Part shown: piece by piece, positions 54,222 to 64,000 of the stretch
Layout of the letters: each line of letters starts with the position of its first letter
Numbering within the stretch: position 1 is the first letter of the stretch
Source: Eimeria praecox
Lineage: Eukaryota
Reading direction: 5' to 3'
DNA length: 64,000 bases
NCBI GenBank assembly: GCA_963920595.1
Contig: OY986950.1
Coordinates: 620,001 to 684,000 of the forward strand
Notes under the pieces: model-generated
What the model saw: the letters and a program-made list of their open reading frames with translations, nothing else
Told to the model about the DNA's origin: nothing
Databases searched by the model: none
Program-made: the position numbers and the translations under genes

Positions 54222-57200
54222 CCTCTCCGCTGCCCACTCACACGATATGGATACCCCCGAGCGAAAATTAAAGGAATAAACTTCGCAACCGCTTATGAGA
54301 AGATGTGTCAGAAGCCTTCATTCAAAACCCACAAACGGGCATGCAGCCGGCAATCAAAGGAGGGGTGCGGGTCAACAGCTTCCATGTGGGGAGCAGCAGC
54401 CGAGGCCTTTGCAGCCACAGCAATGCATGCACGAAACATATATTACTTGAGGTAACATTCCCCAATTGCATCATTATGTTAGTCCTTTAGGTGTCCTCAT
54501 TTCATCATTTTCTCAACGAGTTGCTACCTTAACCTGCGGGCAAGCATCATCCCCCCACACTTAACGTTTCATCAGCCCTGTCTGTAGTGGTCCGTTACAA
54601 TCAGTACTCGCGGCTTGCAAGATACACGATGAGTGGATTGCGTAGAATGTGAAGCCTCACTACGTTTTAGGAGCATGAAAGACAAAAATTCTTAGCTAAA
54701 GCTTAGTCAGATGAAATCGATGCCGGGGAATTTTGAATGAAACGCGCATCTTGTAGCATGCTGTGCGTGGTGTTGCTTTTCGTATACCTGCTTCGTCGCA
54801 CGCTGAGTACGGAGCATCCAAAAGGTTCTGAAAGGCACTGTACACTACAGTGGGCAATGCTAACGCATGCAGCAAAGAAGCGTTAACTGCGCGTTCTTGT
54901 CGGGCTGCCTGGCAGTACTAACAGCCGCAAGCTGCGTCGCAGCGGATGACAGGCCGGCCCGTGCCACCACTACCCAGGCCCTTATCCAGCTGCTCACGGG
55001 TGGCTTGGTGGCTGCTCGTCATGGCCCACGGCTATATCGAAGGCCCTTGTTACCTTTGGTAGCACCGCATAGTTTACCGGGGCAGGTGTGAAGAACGAAA
55101 TCCATGCACGCACTAACGAAGCCCTAAGCGGCTTTTGAAAAGAGAGTTATAGAAGCCTCGGGCTTGTCCTCTTGCATTGTAGAGATTGACCATGATCTGC
55201 ACTTGAGGGGAGAGAAGCCCAACGGTCGGAAGCCTGCTCGAAGTGAAAAAAGCTCGATTTCCTCACCCCATCCGGTGAAAATTACATTCCAACAAAAATA
55301 GCTCATGAAGAATGCCTATTATGCAGATATGACAAACGCCACGATAAGAAGGGGCAGAGGAGCTTCCTTATTCTTTAATCCTTCAGAATGCACTGGAAGA
55401 TCTGCAGTTGGTTCCGGTGTGACTACATCTACGCAAAGGCTTCCCTTTTCCTGGCACCATGATATCCGTGAAGAACTACCACAATGCTGAGAGACGCACG
55501 TCTATTAGCAGGCCCGTCAGGTAACAGGCTATGGCAGAACTGCGCACGCTGGAACAGGAGAAGCTGTATACAGAATGGAACATCAAAAAAGTCAGTCATT
55601 GGTGAGCAGAAGGCCAGAAGCGAACAAGGAGCTCCTATATGATTGCTAATAGCAGGGACATCCCCCAGAGGCAGACAACCAGTAACCAGCGGGATCGCTA
55701 ATAGTAAGGGGTAAAACAGTTGAACTCGCCGAAGTGTTGGAGTGCCTTCGCATAAAAAAGGAAAACACGGCGTCCGCAGCCCTAATCGAAAAGAAAAAAA
55801 TGAAGGGTTCGAAACAACCCACATTTGGGGCCTATTTATATTGGGGTTGTGAATGCTAGGCCAGCCAAGAAAGGGACTACAAGAGGTACAATACAGCAGC
55901 AAGCGGATTTGGCAACCAGAAAGCCAGCACCACATATGGAGCTGCGTATTTGCTCCTTTTGCAATAAATAAGGTCACACAATCCGGGACTGCAAACGAGT
56001 GGGAAACGTTAAGGAACGGGACAAATATGACTTCGGACAGTGCTGGCAAGGAAACAAACAGAAAGGCAAGGGAAATACCCGGACCCTCACGGAACGGACG
56101 ACGCGGTGATGCGCCCAAAAGGATAACAGGTACACTAGCAGATCCTTCTGGAGTTAACTAAGCCGTTAGACAAGTTCGTATTAATGGGCAGAAGTTGCTG
56201 GCGCTGCTTCAAACAGGCTGCGGAGTGCATCTGATATCTGGGGCTACGGCGAGGAGCTGCAACCCTCCAGTTCATTCGTTGACGCAGTCTCTGCCACTAG
56301 TCTTTCTGGACGACAGGCAAGACGCGCGAATCGGTAAAGCTATGCGAGACAAATGTGCATTATATTCAGAAGCGAGTCACATTACTATGTCAAGGGCCAT
56401 CTACACTGAACTAGTTCACGGCCTAATGCAAGAAACGCTGTTGGTGGCTCAGTAGATGGCGCGCATGCAGTGTCTTGACGACATTATTGTGTCAACGTTG
56501 CTAGGAGTCACAGACAGAATTGCACTTCTCAGCACTTCCAACAGCAGTTGCACCCTCTACGGTAAGGGACGTGGAATCAGGGCCAGAAGCTACTACGCAG
56601 CGCATAGGAAACTGTAAGCAAAAAGATGGAAATGGCCGCATTCCAGCGTGATGGTCCTACGAGGACAGAAGTTGCAGGAGGTTTGCTTCATTTAACACCC
56701 ACCTGAGGAACAGCGAAAGTGTACAAACTTGAGAGAAATCCCCAGATGTACTCACTGGCAAGGTGGGTTTGGCGGGCCGCCCACCCGTTGGATGCTCAAT
56801 GCATCGCTTCGGACTTGTCCACGGCAGTCCCAAGTTGCTGCAAAACACCGGGTACCTCCACATCCGGAACACCAAATCGAGTGGCAAGCAGAGAAACTGC
56901 TGTAAAGGGCAAGGCACAACCGTCGATGGGCGTCTTCGGAAGCAATCCGGTGTTGGCGAAGAAAAGGGTCAGGCTGCCGCACATGCGCGTCGGCTCGAAG
57001 CACCGCAACGAAATTACTGTCAAACATAAGTTTTAGATGTCGCTAACCGACTAGCGTATGGATTACCTGCAGGTATTGTTAGTCTAACCATCGTTTGGTT
57101 TCATTGCTGCGCTTTTTGGAGATGCCGATGTATCCCGACAAGGTGCAGAAGACTGCACTCCATACCCGCACGCTCAAGCTAGAGTACGCCTGTATGCCAT

Positions 57201-59685
57201 CTGTGCTCGCGATGCACCTACCTAGTTGCGGTTCCAGGCCAATCCTGCCTTTTGTGGGCCTGTCAATGAAGGATTGATGATCATGGGGATGGATGAGGTG
57301 CTTGCGTTCAGCTTGAATGCGCCGGAGCATTTACTGCACTTTTATTCGTGAAGCATATAAATCTCCGTCTAAACCACTTGAGAAAACAAGCCTACATTGC
57401 GTGAAGGCATCTCCACGCTGCGTCTGAGTCTACTATGTAAGCTAGCGCATTTACCAGAGCACAAGTGGTTTAAGGAACCGTCAACATTTCCTTGGGCTCT
57501 CAGCGCAAAATGGCAACAATGTTGCATTGTGGACGGACAAATAGAGGAGACTGGTATCTTCGACGAATGCGTAGTGATCAGCAGGGGGCGGAGCAAACTT
57601 TAATTTTGCTATAAATGGCGGGGAGGCCGGCAGTTAAGTGGGGTTTCTGAGAATTACTTGGAAGCATTCATTGCTCACGTGCACATAAGGGTCATCTAGA
57701 GGAACCGACTGTAAACGTGGATAAGTGGATCGGGGCGAAAATGTTCGCTTTGAATCGCATTTCGGTTGCCTTTGTAAAGAAGAGAATGAAATGGTGCTCA
57801 TACTTTCCTCTATGTGTACAAAGTGTTGTGCCCTAAGTATTTTTCGTTGGTGATCTACGTCATTCCCCCTGTATGTAGTGAGCAGCACAGCTTCCTACGT
57901 TCAGTTTTTTTGTCCATGTTCTGAGGCTGAGGCAGACGCGTTTGGGACTCGTGGGCCGTAGTCATGGCACAGCAGCTTCTTCCACATATTTTATCTTTGT
58001 TTAGAGTCTCGCAGTAAAGGCGGTTCCCAACCCTCGTAACGGCAGAAGCATCCTGCCTGTGCAGCAGGCAGGCCGCTGGGCGACCCTGCTGTCGTGAACA
58101 GCGCATCAGCAACAGCAGTAGCATCGTATGGAGGTATCTTACCAAGTATCAGCTGGGCTTCCCGGTGTTGCGTTTCCCTTTTATTCTCATGGGCGGTTAG
58201 CAGAAAACGATGGATGCCACTTATTGGTGCGGCGTGCATGATAAGGGTGCTCCTATTCTTACTCGCTCCAAGGCTTACTGTGAAGTTTCAAGAAAGTATT
58301 GAAGGGCAGTTTTCACTACAGTCTAGAATGACTGTAGTGAAGACTGCCGTTCAATTGTAGCTCAATGCAGTGCCTCAACAAGACTGAGGAGTCCGATACA
58401 CCAAGCCACACTTCTAGCTAAAGACTCACCGGGAAACTATCAACTATTGGCTGACCTCTCTATGACCAAGGGGCTAACGACCTAGAGTTGGTGGGGAGAA
58501 GGTGCCGCCTACGATGAGGAGCAACAGAGCTTGCTGCAGCGACTGCCTAGCCCCACGCTTGGGCAGAATTCCTCCCTCTTCTGCTGCATGCGCTAACTTT
58601 GTAGGCAATAGCTTTGCCGGTTCTCGGGCTCCCTGCACAGGTAGAAATGTGTTTCACAACTGCGAACAAACCAGACGTCCTCAAACAGCAGGACGTCTGG
58701 TTTGTTCGTAGTTGTGGAACACATTCCTAAGGGCCTGGGGTTGGTGTGCAGAGAAGGCTGCGTCCCGAGAGCTCTAAGACACCTGTTTGCAGCTTATATG
58801 TGGCCAAACATCCCTCGTGCAAACACAGCCTTAACCCTTCTGCTCCACGCGCTAACGCTGCAGGCTATTCTTAAGCAATTACCTGACCCTCCATATCCAC
58901 CCTGATTAAAACCACATATCCAAGCATTAACTCCCCAGAGAGCAAGCAACTTTGCTGCAACTGGCTCTGCAAGACAACCCCACATGCGATCATATGCCAG
59001 CCCCCCCATTCTGCATGCACAAACAGCCTAGGGAAATTTTTAGAATTTACTAGACCCTCCGTAACAAGCGTGAGCACAAAGACAATGTATGCGTGTGCCC
59101 ATGTTCCAGCTTCACACAGAACGAGCTATAGCTACATCCAAAGGGCACAGCGGCGATCCATGAGAAGTGGCAACCCGTGAACGTAGAACTGTGGGGAAGT
59201 AGCGGCAGTGCTTAGTTGGCATGGAATCGAACCTCAAGTTGGCTTAAAAGGTTATCACGTATATAGATAGTGTATTTTGATAACCCGGCAAGTTTATTTA
59301 CTAGCCCATTTAATTCAACCGTTCGGAGAGACTTATGTGGGTGCCAACCTGGCCCAGGCGCACTACCACCGCACCTGTAGCCCGCACACTGCTCTAACAG
59401 TTCGGGGCATACCGAAAGCAAGCGAGGTGTGTACTGCCCCTCTAAGGATCTTACATTTTGTGCGTGTAAGAAGCTTAACCCATTTGTAGAGAAGTAAGCC
59501 GTTTCATCTGTATAATTGGCGCTCGTTAGCCTAGTTTGTCCTCCCGAGTCTGACGTTGTTCCCCGCGTGGCGGCTAGGATCCCCCCCTTCTTTGGGGAAT
59601 TGGACAATTACGTTTTATCCTTTACGGGGTGTTTTTGTTTCAGGTTCTAGCTTGTTACAGCTTGTCGGCTCGCCACTCAACGAAA

Positions 59686-61613
59686 ATGGCGAATCCTACA
59701 CACTCCCAGGTTGTTGCAGCCCCCGACAGCTCGGGTCGGCTGCTCCGTCTGGTCAGCGCCAGCTCGGTGATGATGCAGCTTTTGGGCAAGAGCACAAATA
59801 TCCGCATGTCTCAGATCCTGGAACATCACGCAGATGAGGATTTTAGCGCACATCGCACCAAGATTGTCTGCACAATGGGCCCCAGCTGCTGGGACGTCGA
59901 TAAGATGGTGCAGCTGATCGATGCAGGGATGAACGTGTGCCGCCTCAACTTCTCGCACGGTGACCACGAAGCCCACGGGCGGGTGGTGAAGAATCTCCAG
60001 GAGGCGCTGAAGCAGCGCCCGGGGAAACGTGTTGCCCTGCTCCTGGACACTAAGGGTCCAGAGATCAGAACTGGCATGTTGGAGGTAAGTATGGATGCGC
60101 GCCGATGCGACCTTGTAGGATTTCGACTAATGTACAGGATATCTCGTGCAACGTTTCGGGCACCTTTCGTGGTTGGTTCTGTTTCCAGGGCGATAAGCCG
60201 ATCGAACTCAACGCTGGCGATATGCTAAAGATCGTCACTGACTACAGCTTCATCGGCAACAAGAGCTGCATTGCTTGCTCATATGAAAAGCTTCCCACCT
60301 CGGTCCAGCCAGGTTCGTGCTGTGGGCAACAAAAACCGCAGGCGTTTGCATCATGAGGGTGCCGCCATCTAGCGGCAATTTGCCCGATTCGGCGGTTGAC
60401 TGTTGTGCTGTTCTTATTCAGGAAATACTATCCTCATTGCTGATGGTTCCCTGTCGGTTGAGGTGGTTGAGTGCGGCAAGGACTATGTCATGACGAGGGT
60501 TATGAATCCAGCGATAATCGGCAACAAGAAGAATATGAATCTTCCAGGCGTGAAGGTTGACCTGCCAGTAATCGGTGAAAAGGATAAGAATGATATATTG
60601 AATTTCGGCATACCTATGGGATGCAACTTCATCGCCGCTTCCTTCGTTCAGTCCGCAAATGATGTGCGCTACATCCGCAGCATTCTTGGCAGCAAGGGAC
60701 GCAACATCAAGATCATTCCGAAGATTGAGAACGTCGAGGGTTTGCTCAACTTCGACGAAATCCTCCAGGAAGCTGACGGTATTATGATCGCAAGAGGTGA
60801 TCTGGGTATGGAAATCCCACCTGAAAAGGTTTTCCTTGCCCAGAAGATGATGATTTCCAAGTGAGTTATCCGTATTTCAGGCTTTCATCTGATGAATGTT
60901 AGCTTTCTTGGAGTAAAGCGTACAGGCTTGTTGCTTCCCTGTTATTGCTTTTGTCTGCACTTTCCTGCTTGCATCGCAGGTGCAACGTCGCTGGGAAGCC
61001 TGTGATCACGGCTACACAGATGTTGGAGTCGATGACGAAAAACCCGCGCCCCACTCGTGCAGAGGCTGCTGATGTGGCAAATGCGGTTTTGGACGGAACT
61101 GATTGTGTCATGCTTTCTGGAGAGACAGCAAACGGAAGCTTCCCAGTGCAGGCGGTCACAGTTATGTCCCGTGTCTGTTTCGAGGCCGAAGGCTGCATTG
61201 ATTATCAGCAGGTCTTCAGAGCCACCTGCCAGGCTACCATGAGCCCCATTGATACCCAGGAGGCCGTGGCACGTGCTGCTGTTGAAACAGCCCAGTCCAT
61301 CAACGCATCGCTCATCCTTGCTCTCACCGAAACCGGCCGCACTGCTCGACTGATCGCGAAGTACAGGCCCATGCAGCCAATCTTGGCCCTCAGCGCTTCT
61401 GAAGAGACAATCAAGCACTTGCAAGTTAACAGAGGCGTGACAACACTCCTGGTCCCCTCTTTCCAGGGCACGGATCAGCTGATCAAGAATGCGCTTTCAG
61501 CCGCCAAGGAGATGCGCCTTGTCAGCGAAGGCGACAGCATTGTTGCAGTGCACGGCATGAAGGAGGAAGTTGCTGGCTGGTCGAACTTGTTGAAGGTGCT
61601 GGTTGTTGAGTAG
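59686..61613 (+). CDS. PYK1: Pyruvate kinase (cytosolic type I), 531 aa
   Basis: Exons 59686-60084, 60189-60312, 60422-60860, 60980-61613 (1596 nt). Motifs: [74 protein letters not shown]. Confidence 0.98.
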
Positions 61614-61983
61614 ACGTCTGTCACGATATCATTTGCCGGCAGCGTATCACGTTGATTTTCGGGTCACGGGCGACTGTGTTTGCACATGTTGCCATTAACA
61701 GTGTTCGACACTCCCTTTCGTGGCGCTTCCGTTTTCCTCAACCAAATGATTTAAAATAGTTCTGAATACTTAGCGTTGTTTGATGCCTGAATTTTGTGTT
61801 TCGCACTCGCTAGTTGTGTAGTAATTCCGTATCATCTTTGAGTATTCGGGCGTAGGAGCGAGTATCGATAAAAAGGTAGAACAACTAAACGTAGATTAAG
61901 TTACTGCAATAAGCGCAGCGCAAAAGCGTTTGAAAAAAAAGCGTTTGGGGGAGCAATGCAAAGGACGGGGGAATCTTCCTTTG

Positions 61984-64000
61984 TCAAGGAACAACGGGTG
62001 AAGGGTTTAGAGAAGGGTTTATGGGAGTATCGTGACCGGGATCCTGGTCGTCGCAAATTGAGCATAACTCCGTCAAGGGATTTGGAATGCAGCAGAGGCC
62101 TGCATTTGCCATCATTGACCGTAGTTCCTGAGAACAAATAAGTGTGCAAGCAAACGCCCCTGTAGTACGGCTACTCAAGCTGAGCATACCGAGTATACAT
62201 CATTGGAAACTAGGCCATCAGAGCAATTACCTCAGTAGCCAAGCCCGTCTGCAGAGGAAAAGTAAATGAAAGCTGCTTCTCGACTGCCGGAAGCAGCACA
62301 GTAGCGAAGATGTCGCAGAGGACAAAAAATTCTGCCTGGCATGTTCCGGAGCCTTCACGTCCGTCGTCCTTTCGAACTAAACTGCGCTCAGTTGCATTTA
62401 TATCCTCTTCAAAGTTCTCGCGCCTCCCCGGCTTCACGGAAATCAGCTTGCGGATGCAGAAAGCCAGAAGACTTTCTATCAAACTGACAACGCCTGCTGC
62501 TGTTGTCGATATGGGGCACTCTTGAAAGGCATTTGCTACCTCGAGTATGCTGTTGTATAGATTTGAGAGGGGGGCATGCCGCAAGAGGAAGACGCAGCCA
62601 CGGTTGACAGAGAGGTCCGACTGGAACCAAGGCGATGTGCCTAGCAGGCTTAAATGAACAGTTGATGGCACGCAGTCGTACTCGTCGATGCTCTGTACGT
62701 AGTCACGCCACGCAGCATTTAATTGAATATTATGGGCCTTGGTGATGGAGCAATGCTTGCAACCCCCCTAAGAGTTTCCTCTGATACGCTGGAATATTTT
62801 ACCTCACCCTTGCGAAGGCCGCAGCAATGCCTTCAAGTCTTTGCTGATGCACTGCGATAACATAACGGTCGAACGTGAGGGCCACCACGGGGAAGAAGTA
62901 GCACTGCACGCGGCGGAACGCGGACGCCGCATTGTGAACTTGTCTAAATATCGTGGCGAGATCCAATAATCCCACCCTGAATTTTGCGGGTCGCAAGTTC
63001 GCCTGTGTGGCGCCTGTCTCAACGACTGTAATATTAAGAGAGGGTTTTATTCCCTTGAAGGAATTATCGGCTGAGTCCATTATGCCACTGCGTCGCAGAA
63101 GCTCTTTTTCAACTAACTTTACAAACCAGTGGACCTGCTCTCCCAGCCAAGCCGACAATCGTCCATCCGTCGAGCCGAATATCGCCCTGTAAACACGCGG
63201 TCCATTCCTGTAAGGTAGCACCAGTGCATGCTTGTTAGCACGGAACAAGGGCGTCATACGCGCAACAGAAGCTTCTCTGGGGTAACGCTAGTGTTGCGAA
63301 TGGACGCTTACTGGGAACAAAGGCTCACCGGTAGTTAATAGCTGTCTGCAAAACATCTACTCGAAGCAGTTCTGCCGCCGCGCACAAACCACTGAAGGTA
63401 GAGCGCAGACACAAATAAGGCTTTAGATGTTCTGAATCGTCGCTATGCGCTACTATGGACTCTGCTGTGTTACTTACTATGGAAAGGACAAAAGAGGAAC
63501 AGTCGCATGGGGATGCCCCATGCCTGCAAGGCCGCTTACAGAGGTGCCACCTACTGAGCTGGGTCTGTTTCGCACGATCCTTCCGCGTTGCGCCGCTGAC
63601 GAGAAATCTCCCCATCCCGCCGCCGTAGATACTGCACCTTCAGTTGCTCCTCAGAACAGTTCAGGCGGCGAAGTGGGCTGTAGTAGCATGACAGGGAAAG
63701 GGCAGACCACAACAATCTCATGAAGCGAATGACTTGAGGATACTGTTACCGCAGTACTTTGTGGCGTAGTTTGTTGCTACCCCCTAAGGAAATAACAGAA
63801 AAGTAAGCGCACCCGATGAGTTTCACTGAAGAAGACAGCTGCGCATGCTGCCCCAATTGCCGCAGCATTGCCTTGACGCAGCTTTTGCGGGCTTCCTTCA
63901 TCTGACCGATACATAAGAAAGAAGGTGTATTCACAGCTGCACTCAAATGCATTCAGCCAATAACAAGCAAGGATCTGCAGCTAAGCCAACCCAGTTTTGC
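61984..64000 (-). CDS. 3' part of an uncharacterised multi-exon gene entering from the right edge
   Basis: Successive non-repetitive minus-strand ORFs (62799-63257, 62210-62671, 61984-62187) with plausible donors (AGG|GTGAGG near 62807, GAG|GTAATT near 62230) and acceptor (TTCTCAG|GAA near 62127), ending in TGA at 61984. Upstream exons are not resolved. Confidence 0.55.

Overview
Eukaryotic, intron-rich coccidian DNA, most likely Eimeria, judged from the CAG/CTG tracts, interstitial telomere-like AAACCCT/AGGGTTT heptamers and TGCATGCA octamers. About 1-41.2 kb is repeat-rich and about 41.2-64 kb is repeat-poor. Most ORFs in the supplied track are microsatellite artefacts, so I built spliced models by hand from exon phase and splice dinucleotides. 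Models: a ~1,550-aa uncharacterised, probably secreted protein (20751-2796, -); ATG3 (22177-26026, +, 10 exons, one GC-AG intron); a possible small membrane-protein gene (~28.3-29.8 kb, -); a ~2,400-aa low-complexity protein ending in two degenerate allantoicase repeats (30552-40691, +, crossing a 200-N gap whose flanks overlap); a ~890-aa type I membrane protein (42770-47249, +); CSN5 (51504-48738, -); RPS26 (54221-53286, -); pyruvate kinase (59686-61613, +); and a partial unknown gene at the right edge. The most interesting signals are: (1) telomere-type repeats packed against splice sites, with the last TTTAG at branch-point distance and the next unit usually losing its AG; (2) a GC-AG intron bracketed by complementary telomeric arrays; (3) a dispersed 14-20 bp palindrome GGTGT(A/C)YR(T/G)ACACC with its own tandem array; (4) the giant allantoicase-like protein. 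All of this is by eye and no database searches were run.
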